A stretch of DNA of 37,729 bases from Atractiella rhizophila (Eukaryota). A program made the position numbers and the translations under genes. The stretch covers positions 4,250 through 41,978 of the forward strand of contig MU271581.1 of NCBI GenBank assembly GCA_021432655.1, given 5' to 3'. How positions within the stretch are numbered: position 1 is the stretch's first letter; every line of letters starts with the position of its first letter. Under the pieces are notes generated by a model that was not told the origin of the DNA, did no database searches, and was given only the letters and a program-made list of their open reading frames with translations. Shown here in pieces: positions 19,511-32,210 of the stretch.

Positions 19511-21027
19511 TGCGAATAGGTGCAAACTTTTGGGTATCGGGACAACGACAAGACAGTGCGAAGGAAGATAAAACAAAAGAGGTCTTGGTGGTTTTGTAAG
19601 AAGAACGGAAGAGATGGCTCCCGGTCGTCGGTTTAGACGTCTGACGACAGGAGGGCAAAGCTAAGGCCCGCCCTTTATCAAGTCCGAGTAGTTAATACAC
19701 GAGTCCAGGCTATGCCCCCGGACGGCTTGGTTCAGCGCTTGACGAAGAGTCTTTGCTGAACTCCTACTTCTTCCTTCACCGAGGCGGCTAAACAACTTGA
19801 GGCTAAAGAAGGAATCAAGTCTTTTCTAACTCGCTCTCTTTTTCTCCCAGTTCGTCGTTCATAGAGTGTAAAGGACAGTAATTGCTTGACGTACACTTGA
19901 CTTCTTCGACTCACTCCTCGGGCAGGAGCACGAGCAGGTGGACCAAGAAAATGAATTGCAACAATTCAGGGAATATTTTTATTGGAGCGGGACGGAGTTT
20001 GCCGCAGTTTGGGATGACCACTTCCCGGTCGTCCCGGTACCTGCCATCTCAAAGCTTGCCTCGTACTCGGAAACTACTAAAAATTGCGCCAAGAATACAG
20101 CAGCAAAGATTGCGGCTGCATCCAAAGGGTAGTCATCGAACCAGTTCCAATCATAGCCTGTGGCGGAGTCTGCCTGGTCGTAAGTGGAGGCAATGCGAGA
20201 AGCACGCTTTTCCAACCCATCCAGGCACCGTCTTTGCACTGGTACTATTTTGCAAGTAGTCAGGCTACATGCATGCCGTGCTTAACTTGTTGCGAAAGCT
20301 AAGGCGCTTTCTTTCGAACTCGGAAGCAACGTGACAAAATTAAAAGAAAGCAAGGAACCCGATCAATCAGGCAGCTGGCACCTTGGGTAAGCGGGAGAGA
20401 TATTTTGTGTACTGTGTATCTCCACAGTTCAAATACTGAAAGGGAAGGGGAAACATGTCAGGTACATTAGAATTTGAAAGTAGATTAGTTGTATGAGAAG
20501 TGAATAACCTCAGTGGTCGAAAAAGGACAAGACAAGTCCGTCACATCACAACAACTAGCATTTCTGCCTGCGTGGAGGAGCGCTCGAAAATACTTTTAGC
20601 AAGCGCGAATTCAGAATCAGAGCGCACACAGGCTGAACGAAGGCAGCTGGGATTCTCAAACAGAAACATGGTGACGAACTAACGACTCTTAGGATCCTCC
20701 CAGCTCCTCTATCGAGTATTGACACCTATCATAACCAGTCAACGACTCGACCAGGAGAGAAATATATCCAAGTATTGCTGTTTGATCGAACTATATAAAA
20801 TTGGCACGATCTGGGGGAACTCACGCGACTCCGTTTATCGATTCCAGCCTCAATTCCATCATATCCTAGCCCACAGTTCAATTGTTATACACTCATGCCA
20901 TATCACGAAGCTTTGTGCTCCCTCCACCCAAAACAATTCCTTGAAAAAGGCTAGGGAAGAGGGACTTTCAACGTTTGTTATTTTCCGAAACCAGCCCCTC
21001 GAGTGTTCAGGGGCCACACGACATCAA

Positions 21028-21039
21028 GCGCGACGCGTT
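21028..21039. promoter_or_regulatory. MCB-like element (GCGCGACGCGTT containing ACGCGT) upstream of RPA1
   Basis: ACGCGT at 21033-21038, about 75 bp upstream of the RPA1 ATG. RFA1 is a known MBF/MCB target in yeasts. Confidence 0.45.
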
Positions 21040-21113
21040 CATTCTTTTCAGTCAAATTCCACAACAAAAGCGAGAAGAGCAGCCTTCTGTCCATCCAAGC
21101 AAGGATCCCAATC

Positions 21114-23921
21114 ATGTCTCTATCTCTCACGCGTAATGCCATCCAGTATGTCTCTTTTTGCCACCAGAGTGTCCACTGAGAGTAGCTGCAGTGCGATGTA
21201 TCATGACCTTCGTGAGTTCATACCTGGACATGGATACAGTGTTGATTGTACCGTTGGTGGCAGAGGATCATCCCGGGTTCAAGGAGCCAGTGATTCAGGT
21301 GCTGAATATTCGCAAGATTGCGAAGAGCGCAGACCCGAGTGCGAAGGGTAGCATGGCCGTTGATCGGTATCGGTGAGTCTCTTTGAGCTTTGAGAAAGTG
21401 TGTGGGGTCGGTGTAAGATGGAGGCGCGAAAATGGGCGAAAATCTTCGTAAAAATACGCGCATTTCGAGCTGTCGTCGCTAAAGCGCAAGTCAGCAACGA
21501 ATGATAAAGCTTTCCCTTACTTTGCGATGCGCATCGAAGTATTAGGTGCAGCCGATTCAGTGACAGACATCGCTGTATTTCATCTGGAGGATAAATTACT
21601 GATCGACTCTATTTTCCTTCAGTCTCTTAATATCAGACGGTCAGAATCTCGCACAAGCCATGCTGGCAACACAAGCGAATCCCATTCTGGAAGAGTCAGG
21701 GATGGACAAGTGCAGCATTATTCGGGTGCTCGAATTCTCATCTAATCCACTCAAACCTGGCGTGAGCTTCCCTTTCGATGCTGTATTCTCCACGGGTCGT
21801 TCTAATGGCTGCCGTGAAGTCGAAGGCGAAGAAACTTATCATTGTCCTTAATATGGAAGTCTTACATGCTGGTGGGCCCGGGAGCGAGAAGATTGGTTCG
21901 TCTCTCACTGTGGCTGAGTTGAATGAGCAGCTGAAGTCAGGGATGGATTCAAATAGGGGATCCTGTCCAAATTGAGGATAGTCAGGTCCCTGGGAAGTCA
22001 GTGGCCGGTGTTTCGAAGAATGAAGATGCAATGGAGGTAGAAGAAGAGAAACCAACGGTGCACGAAGAGGAAGATGTAAAGCCCAAGCTCCAAGATAAGA
22101 AGCCAGCGATCAAAGTGCGTCCTCTTTTCAGTTATTCTGGGGATGCTGTATCGAGCACGGCAGTAGAAGGCAGGTGGGAACTCTGTCAATGCTCGTGGCG
22201 GCACGGGCCAAGCTATCTTTCCCATCGAAGGCTTAAGCCCATATCAAAACAAGTGCGTCTCGACTCTCCTTGCCGTGAGTAAGGACGCTGACTGGTAAAA
22301 GGTGGATGATCAAAGCCCGTGTCACGCAGAAGGGAGACGTGAGGAGATACAATAATCAGCGTGGTGACGGCAAGGTGTTCAGCATGATTCTGATGGACAA
22401 CTCCGTGTGTATTATCCCTGAGCCAAGCTGCGGATATTCATTGACGATATTCTTCCAGGGGGAGATCAAAGCCACCGCATTCGGGGATGTCGTCGATACC
22501 TTTTATAATAAGATGGACGAAGGGAAAGTGTACCTTATCTCTAATGCACGCGTCGGGATTGCGAAAAAAGCGTTCAACAACACCAATAACGAGTACGAGA
22601 TGACCTTCGAACGACATACCGTCGTTGAACCGGTTCGTCCATATGCTTCCCTACTTCCTTTTCCCTTTCTGATCACTGTGATTCATGGCAGTGTGAAGAC
22701 GACGATGTTCCTCAGATGAAATTCGACTTTACAACGCTAGGAGACTTGGAGGAGAAACCAAAGGATGCGCTTATCGATGTCATTGGCATCTTGAAGGAGT
22801 GTCAGCCTATAACCACCATTATCACGAAAGCAACACAGAAGGAGGTCCGCGTTTTCCCAAATCCTCTCTGGTTTACCGCTAACACTGTTGAATACAGATG
22901 AAAAAGCGAGAATTAACGCTTGTCGATCGTTCAGGTTTCCAAGTGCGCGTCACATTGTGGGGACGACAAGCTGAAAGCTTTCCTGAGAACGTCGCTGAAG
23001 AGAATCCGATCATCGCTTTCAAGAGCGTGAGGGTTGGAGATTTCGGGGGGAGAAGCTTGTCGTTTGGTGGCGGTAGCTCAATGTCTATTGATCCAGACGT
23101 GGTGGAAGCACATTCCCTTCGCGGATGGTCTGCCTCAACCCCCTCAGTTGAGACCACACTAATTCTCTCCCATCTGGTAGGTACGATCGGGATGGACGCA
23201 CAGCGAGTTATAAGACCTTCACGTCTACATTCGGTGGTGGATCGGCACAACCTGCAAACTTCAACGATTTGTCAAAACTTCTCTTCTGCAATCAGGTCAA
23301 GGAGGAAGCGGAGGCAGCAGGAGAGGATAATACTAACAATGTCTACAACGTCCGGGCTATGGTTAACTACATCAGACTGGATAACCTCTCGTATCCCGCC
23401 TGTCCGAGTGACAACTGCAACAAAAAGATGGACCTTGAAGACGAGAATAAGTGGAGGTGTGAAAAGTGCGAAAAATTTTATCCCAAGGCTCAATATCGGT
23501 ATGTTGTCCCACAAAGCAGGAAGTATGCTGACAAAATGATACTAGATACATTCTCAGCTTCACTGTGCAAGACTCCTTCGATAACTTGTGGCTGAGGTGT
23601 TTTAATGACGCCGCAGAAATGATCATCGGAATGTCGGCTGATCAACTAAACGCAATCAAGGAGGAGGATGAGGGACAGTTCAAGAAGGTCCTTCAGAATT
23701 GTTGCGGCAAATACTGGTTCTTCCAACTTAAATCTAAGATCGATACCTACAAGGACAACGTGCGGGTAAATTACACAGTCTCTAAGTTCGTTATTCCCTC
23801 ATCGTTTCTGATTTTGGAATGACGCTCCGTTAGACTCCTAGCGCCCGATTTTGAATCGACAGCTGAAGGTCTCACTCAGGAGCATGAAACAGGATGGGAT
23901 GACGACGTGGAGATGAATTGA
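21114..23921 (+). CDS. RFA1: Replication protein A 70-kDa subunit
   Basis: MSLSLT.. start; DRYRLLISDGQNLAQAMLATQ (N-terminal OB fold); FPIEGLSPYQNKW, IKARVTQKGDVR, GEIKATAF, IDVIGILKE, KRELTLVDRSG..VTLWG, VGDFGGRSLS; zinc ribbon YPACPSDNCNKK..WRCEKC; TGA at 23919-23921. Confidence 0.95.
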
Positions 23922-24080
23922 ATGAATGATAGTAAAATGGCTCCGTTTGGTATTTTGTCAACATTCAGTGTCATAACTTGTGTCATTGTAATTTTATCGA
24001 CGTTACTTCAATACCAGGACAGTTTGCATGACATGGTTGCAAGTCGACTGATCTCAGTCAATCCATTAACTTCAAGTTGA

Positions 24081-25249
24081 TCAGCTAAAGATCATCAAAA
24101 CCTTCTCCCTGTGTGCTCGCATCATGTCATCTAACCGTCTAGCAGGCCGAGAGAGAATTTTGTTGCTCTTTTCAAGATCAGCGCCTCCATAGTCTATATC
24201 CAATGTCGAGTTAGGTACATACTCTTGCATAGAGTGAAGAAAAACATACACCCCACGGTTCTGACAGCCACCGCTACGTTGAACATATCCCTCGCAGTAT
24301 CTTCACTCTTGAAAGCACCTCTCAGCTTTTCAAGGCTTTCTTTATCATTGACGTGCTCGGCAACCACCCGTTTACCGGAAACTACCTCTCGTTGATGAGT
24401 ACAGATATTTCTCAGGACATGACGACTTACCTTTTTCGAAAGCTTGCGCGAGCTGGACAGGAGTAATGTACTCAGTAGCGGCATACACTGGTTCATCCCT
24501 AATGTCATGCTCGAGAGCTGCAATTGCGTATTTACCGAAATCTTCGGGTGTATCAATGACAGGTATTGGGGTATCAAGGAAATATGGCATCGATAGGACA
24601 AAAGATCCGTCGTTTTTCTCTGATCTTTTTGGCGCCCTCTGTGTGATGAGAGTCTCGAAGAAGCTGCCGGTACAGACCTCGTAGAGCGAGAAGGAGGCAA
24701 GGGATCGAGCGTACAACGTCACTTCCGCTTTTGCATCCCATCTGTGACAACCTAGCTTATCAGTGCGTTTCTCACACAAAGAGGATACGAACATATAACA
24801 TGGGATGTTAGACAGATTTCCTAAATGTGTCGAACCCGTATATATCACTTGTTTCACGCCACAAATTGCACATGCGTCCATCAGGACTTTGCCTTTCTGG
24901 ACTTCCTGAAACAAGAATGAGCAACCAGCCCAAATGGTCATGAAAGAACACCTGCCATTTCCTTTGCCCCTTGCCCAAACTCAGTCAACGTCATCACAAA
25001 TGCGATATCAGTTCCTCTGAGAGCACATTCCGCCCCAGCCTCGGTGGTAACATCAGCAACGAGCAGCTCGCAACCCAGTTCTGCGAAGTGCTTCATGATC
25101 TCCTTCTGAGCATCGCGCCCCACGGCGCGGACGCGGTAACGCTTCGTGGAGGACTGCAGGGCGAAGACCGTAGAACGACCTTGGTTTCCTGAGGCACCGA
25201 CGACCGTGAAGAGAGGGGCGGAGGAGTCTGAAGTACTGGCGATCACCAT
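24081..25249 (-). CDS. NmrA-like NAD(P)-binding protein (atypical SDR)
   Basis: FTVVGASGNQGRS Rossmann motif, VRAVGRD, GTDIAFVMT, GKVLMDAC..GVKQVIY, WDAKAEV, PVIDTPEDFGKYA, YITPVQLA. Spliced end ..LMIFS* at 24083-24081. Confidence 0.88.
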
Positions 25250-26802
25250 AGTGAGGTGTTAACTGGACGTGGACTTTAGTGTACTCTGGCATCCAATCGT
25301 CATCTCATTGTTCTTATATACGAATGAAAGGCCGGTGGGGCCGTTCCGAAAGCGTAGGTGAATGGAGGAGAGTCGCCAATGATCTTTCCGTCACCTCTGC
25401 AGGTATGAACCTCAAGCCTTCGGCGAGGTTCCCTTGTGCCAGCAGACATGCCCAGCTAGCTACAATGAACCAATTCAAAAGGAAAGGACGTGAACCTGAA
25501 GTGTAGTAGCAAGAAGAATGGGGATGGAAAAGAGACAACCGCTCCCTCTGCCCGAAGCCGAAACCGGAGAGGATGTGCTGAAATCCTTCTGTGGCATCAC
25601 TCACATCAAGTGCAAGTCGGAGAAAGGCGAGACAGTGAAAATAACGGAAAGAACCATTCAGTATTCAAGTATGAGGTTTTCTAGCTCACTGATTTTAGAA
25701 TCCACGTAGCAGGTCTCGAATTTGGATGACAGTTCGCTGTATTTTCTTGGGATATCATACCTCAAGATTCATTCAACGTCTCTGTGAACATTCTTGCTGC
25801 AAAGACAGCGCGATATTAGAGGACTCTGGGTCATCTCTCACTTTTCACCTTTCGTCGTTAAGAGAACGAAGGTCGGTGTATGCATACTCGTAGAAGATCA
25901 TTCAGATTGAAAGAGGAGAAGTATCTCGGTGCAGGACTCGGATGTCATTCCTTGCCTGCACTGGCAACCTGAAGGGAACACCCATCGAGTGATATTTAAA
26001 ATGTGTTTAGATCTAGGACCGAGCAGAAAAATACAGGTTCGAGAGACTATTGGTAGTCGTGAAAATTCCTCAACTAACTTCAACTTGGTCAAATCTCGCG
26101 TGGTACAAAAATGACAATCTTGAACGTCCCTTTAGTATGATCCTTCCGCCCATCTTGAAGCTAGTTGGCAACTTATAACAAACTTGAGATGACAAATGGC
26201 TACAGAATTCTTGCCATTGCGTGGGTGGCTGGCTAATGTGGAGCATGTGGAGGCTGGTGTGTGTTCTATTCTTGCAGTTCCTCCGTCCGTCATCGCGCGT
26301 CATCAGAGTGGTTCAGAAACCCTGCAGCTCTGACCGGCCTGACCGTTCATATCTTTCTGCTCCGTTCAAGTCCTCTGCAAGTGACGGCTTTTCCCTTTGC
26401 CTCCGCTTTTTCGGCATTTTAGCCACGGCTTGCAACATATTCTCTTTCTAAGCAATGTGTTGGCCCTTGCAACTTGAGGTGATCTTTATACCGTGCATAT
26501 TATTAATAGCAAGCAGACGTTAGCCTATAAACATCTGGTGTTGAGGAAGCTGCTTCGCATTCTTGCGCTTCCTCCGTCAACGCACCTTCCGCTGTGTTGC
26601 AATTTACCCAACCGGTACATATATTTTGCTCCTCAAGCTTCCTGCAGAATTTTAATCCTTATAATACAGGTACCTGCTTTCAAAGCAAGCTCAGCATTGC
26701 GCTACTTTGCTCTAGGCTTCTGCATATTAAAATACCAGGTGTTTATGATCAAATCACTTCTTCGCTCCTGATTATTATATTGGACGTTTAAATCATTGTA
26801 CC

Positions 26803-28843
26803 ATGTCGAACGCGACATATCAATCTTCGCAGGCGTCTTTTCAATCAGAAAGAACCCTTTTTCAAGATACTCCACCTGAGATGGTTGCTGGTTCCTCGTC
26901 CGAGTCGCGCGGGAGACTGGGGGATGAGAGAGAAAAGGAGGAAAAGAAGTATGGAATAGAGAAGGTATCTAGTCGGCAGTCTCTTGACCCAGAACTAGAC
27001 CGAAGAGCAGAGGCGAAGGCAAAGGAAGACGCTAAACATGGAGAGGGCTCTCTGCCGGAAGTGGAGGGCAACGATGAAAAGATGGAGGCAGGTGATGAGA
27101 ACTTTGAGGTTGATTGGGAGGATGGAGATATGGATAATCCACGAAATTGGTCCAAGGGGAGGAAATGGTATTATACGTTCTTTTCCGCCTCACTCGTGTG
27201 TCTTTCTCTATCTCACTCCTACCTCACGCCGTCACGTTTTATTCCAATTCTGACTGGAACTTTAGCTTTTCAATGTTACTCTTGCCTCCTCCGCCCCCTC
27301 TGCCACTTCTACAGAGCTCATAAAGCATTTACACGGTTCGCACGAAGTGACTATACTCGTTACCTCCCTCTTCGTCGCCGGTTTCATTGTCGGCCCACTG
27401 CTTTGGGCACCACTGGGAGAAATGTATGGGAGACGTCCAATATTTATCTATACCATGATCATCTTCTGCGTTCGTCCGATGCCCTCCTGCTCTCTTTCCA
27501 GTGCGTCTCATTACAAACGGATGGGATGCAGTGTTGGACTCTTGCCGCTGCACTCGCCCCAAACTTGGCTTCCCTAATTGTGTTCCGATTCCTGGCTGGC
27601 ACATTTGCTGCTGCACCGATTACGAACAGTGGAGGGGTATGTGCGGATCTGTGGAGCCCAGTAGAAATAGGGACACCGATGGCTTTATTCGCAATCGCTC
27701 CCTTCCTAGGTCTATCCATCCCACAATTCACCATTTTGTTCTTATACTCTGAATGCACAGGTCCTATCCTTGGGCCTATCATTGGAGGGTTCCTTGGAAT
27801 GATCAACATCGATTATTCTTGGCGTCTCATTCACTGGCTTCTCCTTTTGATCAACATAATTTTCACGGTCGCGGTCATTTTCTCACTCCCTGAGACGTAT
27901 GGGCCAATCCTTCTTGCACGAAAAGCGCAGAAGAAGAGAGAAGAAACGAAGGATGAGCGTTGGTGGGCGAAATCGGATAAGCAGACTGGAAGCGGAGTAT
28001 TCCTTGTGGCCATTACAAGACCGACTAGGATGTTGATTAAGGAACCGATCCTTGCGCTCATATGCGTTTACCTTTGCTTCGTCTACGGTAAGGTTTCTCC
28101 TCTCTGTTGTTATGAACGGAACGGAGATTGACGTCGTGCTCTTCACCAGGACTGATATACCTCCTTTTCATTGCCTACCCCATTGTATTCCAGGGCTACT
28201 ATGGGATGTCTCCAGGAGTAGGCTCACTCCCATTTCTCGGAGTAGGACTCGGAGCGATCACGGGTGTGCTCAACACTCCCTATTACAACAGAATTTATGC
28301 TCGAGCTTTCGTGGAAAATGGAAACAAGCCAGTTCCTGAGAAGAGGCTGCTTGGAAACATGATCGGTGGGTTGTGCTTGGTAGTTGGACTGTTCATGTTT
28401 GCCGGAACTGCGCATGTCCATTGGATACTGCCCACACTTGCTGGGGTTTTCTTGGGCTATGGGATACTGTGGTGCTTCATTTCCTCCCTTTCCTATCTCA
28501 CAGGTGCGTTCATTTGCTTCTTTTCAATTCAGAAACAGCTGACAGGATGAATAAACTTAAATAGACTGCTATCGATACCTCACTGCTTCCGCTTTTGCTG
28601 CTTCAGCAGTAACCCGGAGCATATGTGGAGCTGGCGCACCTCTGTTTGCACAACAAATGTTTGATGCGCTGGGAACAGCCGGAGCGGCATCACTGCTGGG
28701 TGGATGTGCGACTTTGCTCTTACCGGTCCCCTTCTTGTTCTATCGGTGAGCTCGCGGTGGCCTTGTGTCTGTGAAAATAGCACTGATAGGAGAGCAGGTA
28801 CGGACCACTGATTAGGAAGAAAAGCACATATGCATTTGAGTAA
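26803..28843 (+). CDS. MFS drug:H+ antiporter (DHA1 family; Tpo/Flr1-like)
   Basis: VDWEDGDMDNPRNWSKGRKW, SLFVAGFIVGPLLWAPLGEMYGRRPI, IVFRFLAGTF, GGVCADLW, GPILGPIIGGF, WR, LPETYGPILL, RPTRMLIKEPI, PEKRL, YLTDCYRYLTASA, PLFAQQMF. Confidence 0.93.
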
Positions 28844-29120
28844 CTTACGGCCCTCTTAACGGCATAGAAGCATAGCGGCAGACCCTGCATCATGATAACA
28901 TTAGATTATATGTATAAGCAATTGTAAAGTGACGTCTATGACAACCAGCCATTCTAAGTCAGCGCTCGATAAGCATCAATCAACGTGTAATTTCGATTAA
29001 ATCTAACGACATGCACTTTGCCTTGCGAACTCATTATACTTCTAATGGTCCAAATGGTGCACTCTGCAGAGCTTCGAGTTGTCCCTGATGCGGTGACTGT
29101 TGTACAAAGTGACGCGGCGT

Positions 29121-29132
29121 GATCACGTGATC
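29121..29132. promoter_or_regulatory. Palindromic E-box GATCACGTGATC upstream of DHX35
   Basis: Perfect 12-bp palindrome with a CACGTG core about 30 bp upstream of the ATG at 29164; preceded by GACGCG at 29111. Confidence 0.4.
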
Positions 29133-29163
29133 TCAATGTCGATTGGACGACATTGAGATAATC

Positions 29164-32100
29164 ATGGCGTTTTGGAAGCCAGGTACAGCAGCTCCCGGGT
29201 CGTCGCTAGACCGTTCGACGCACGGCGAAGGGAACGTTCTGACCTCTGCACCCTCCTCATTCACGTCCAGCCTCCCGATCCACAGCTCGCGTCTCTCCAT
29301 CCTCCACGCGCTCGAATCACACCAAGTTCTCCTGCTCGTCAGTCCAACCGGGTCCGGCAAATCGACACAAGTGCCCCAATACCTTTTGCAGTCTGGTTGG
29401 GCGGCCAATGGACTGGTTGGTGTCTCTGAGCCCAGGAGGGTGGCGGCGGTCTCGCTTGCTCAAAGAGTGGCAGAGGAGAGAGGCACACGGGTAGGAGATG
29501 AAGTGGGGTATGAGATAAGATTTGAGAGCTTAAGGAGTGAGGAGACGAAGGTGGTCTTCTGTACGGATGGGTGGTTGGTTAAGGAGGTGGGCAGAAATCC
29601 GTTGCTTGAAGGTTGGAATGTTGTCATGGTGGATGAAGCCCATGAAAGGGGGAGGGACACCGATCTGCTCATTGGCATTTTGAAGAAGTAGGTGAGTTTG
29701 CTCCTTAATCAGGTTGGGAGGTTTCTGCTTGCTATTTACTTGGCTCAAGCGCCTGCTGAGATGAGTTGCGGCTAATTTTCAGTTCGAAAGTAAACCAGGG
29801 CCCATTTCCGGTTACTACCTATATATCTGTCCAGATACAACCTGTATAAGTTCTCTCTATTAACTGCGCTCTCCCCATCAGCTAATAATGAAGAGGTGGA
29901 GTGAATAGCGAGAATATCCAATTCGAACTAATTGGATTGGCATAACCTCCCATGAAGTCGACTACAAAACGTTGGGATAAATTTGCATTTTGTTTGTTGA
30001 TGAGTCTGAAGCTTGTGTAGTTGCTGGTCCAATCGTCCGTTGCTTTCACTCATGCCCCGCTATCTTCATGATCAAAGGGCTGGGTAGAGACTCTTGTTTA
30101 GCAGCAAACTTCGGCAGATTTCTGCTGTATTCTCACCTGTCCGTCCTTGGTTAAAGAAGAGACATCTTAGGAGATTGATATGTCGTAGCGTTGCCCTCAT
30201 GAACATTTGCGAGATAGACGCGATCAACTCGGTCTACATTTTCTCCATCCCATCAATGCTTATCATCGTTTTATCGCGCAAAGGTGGTGACTCGCTAACA
30301 ATTCCCTGTCTTAGAATTCTTCGCCAACGACCTTCGTTTCGCGTAATAATCTCTTCGGCAACCATAGATGCCTCTTCCTTCCTCTCATACTTCAACGCTC
30401 AGCAGACGGCCGACAATCCAATAGCCTCAGTGGTCAGCGTCCAGGGTCGCGTCTATCCCGTCGACATCTTGTACCTCGAGAAATCGGTCGCAGATTACGT
30501 GCAGGAGGCAATCAAGACTGTGATCGAAATTCATTTAAAGGTCTGCTGTTCTTCAATGTCACTACAGACTGCTCAAGCGTGGAACAGCAACCGCCCGGTG
30601 ACATCTTGGTATTTCTGACGGGACGGGAAGAGATTGATCGATGTTGCGAAGGTCTGGTGGAATATTTACCAAAGTACGCCTTACTTGCTTCACTTCGTTA
30701 GGAGGCTGAGTATTTGTCAGTCTCCCACGGAATTATCCGACAATGATGCCATTGCCCATGCATGCCGGACTTTCCACAGAGGAGCAAATGTATGTCTTCG
30801 AGCCCCCAGACCGCGCGAAAGGCACACGGAAGGTAGTGGTATCAACAAATGTTGCAGAAGCCAGCGTGACCATTGATGGTATTGTTTATGTTGTTGACTC
30901 CGGTCTAGTGAAGGTACAGCTGGAAATTTGTCTTGTATGGTGTTGTGTTGATCTAATGGCTATAGCAACGACTCTTCAATCCACATACTTCTACAGATAT
31001 CCTAACCGTTGTACCTTGCTCGCTCTCGTCTCTCACACAACGAGCTGGACGAGCTGGTCGTACACGACCAGGCAAATGCTTTCGTCTTTTCCCAGAATCA
31101 GCTCTATCCTCTTTATCGAAGAGCACAACTCCTGAAATCTGCCGATCCGACCTCAGTTCCCCAGTCCTGGCTCTCAAGAATCTTGGGATCGATAATGTTC
31201 TGCGTTTCGATTGGCTCAGTCCACCACCAGCACAAATGCTGGCTCGAGCTCTGGAGTTTCTCTTTTCCCTCGGAGCTGTTGGTAGGGATGGAAGGCTATC
31301 GAAGCCGCTCGGGGAAAGGATGGCTGAAGTCCCCATGGAACCTATGATGGCGAAAGTGGTATGTCCCTCCTGTCATCCAGCATTGACAACTGAACGAGCT
31401 TTTAGCTCCTTGATTCGAACGCTTTTGGATGTGGAGAAGAAATTTTGACGATTGCAGCGATGACACAAGTGCAGAATGTGTTCAACATTGGGGAAGGAGC
31501 AGAGGGAGCGCTGGGAGAGGTGGAGCGAAGGAAGTTTACTGCTGAAGAAGGAGACCATCTAACTCTGTTGAATGGTGCGCCGTTTGCTCCTCCAAGGACC
31601 TCAAATCTAACCTTCAACATAGTTTACAACGCTTTCATCAAAAGTAAGCTCCCAAGCCCTTATACCACGTCAACGGCTCAACTTGACTTCAGATCGCAAA
31701 TCTTCAAAATGGTGCCATACCCACCGCTTGAACTTCAAGTCCCTCTCTCGTGCTATCTCCGTCCGTCTGCAATTGGCGAAATATATAAAGCGCTACGACA
31801 TTCCATTAGTCAGTGCGAAAGGTGATCATGAGAAGATTCGCCGTTGTCTCGTCAGCGGTTACTTCAAAAATGCTGCTCGCATGCAGCCAGACGGAACCTA
31901 TCGGACTGTGAAGGAAGGAGCTGTACGATTTCATACTTTGCTCACCAAATTGTCATTTTACTGAATTTATTATAGGTCCTGCATGTTCATCCATCCAGCG
32001 TGCTTTTCAATCGAAAGCCGAAGACGGATTGGGTCATCTACCACGAAGTGGTGGAAACTTCGAAGAGGTTCATGCGGGATTTGACCGTCGTTGACCATAA

Positions 32101-32210
32101 TTGGTTGGCAGAACTCGCGTACGTCTGTTTCCGTGGACGGCAAGGCAGCATGCTGATCATGATGACTCTCTAGTCCACATTATTACGAGTTCAAAGACAG
32201 TTCGAGATGA
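29164..32210 (+). CDS. DHX35: DEAH-box RNA helicase DHX35-like (spliceosome-associated)
   Basis: N-terminal [12 protein letters not shown] resembles the DHX35 FW(R/K)PG signature. Motifs: [87 protein letters not shown] at 32208-32210. Confidence 0.9.

Noticed and set aside
20719..21351. 210-aa ORF upstream of RPA1
   Set aside because: TTG start and no recognisable motifs. It overlaps the RPA1 promoter and first exons/introns, which explain the sequence.
29745..29830. CTGAGA in a long intron suggesting a fungal TPP riboswitch
   Set aside because: The downstream conserved elements (CTTGAT/CTGAT..TAAT..GCG..GGA) are not present in order, and the host gene is unrelated to thiamine.
30094..30314. 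N-terminal part of ORF 30094-30618
   Set aside because: Lies within the DHX35 intron; helicase similarity starts only after the GCTAAC branch and TAG acceptor at 30314.
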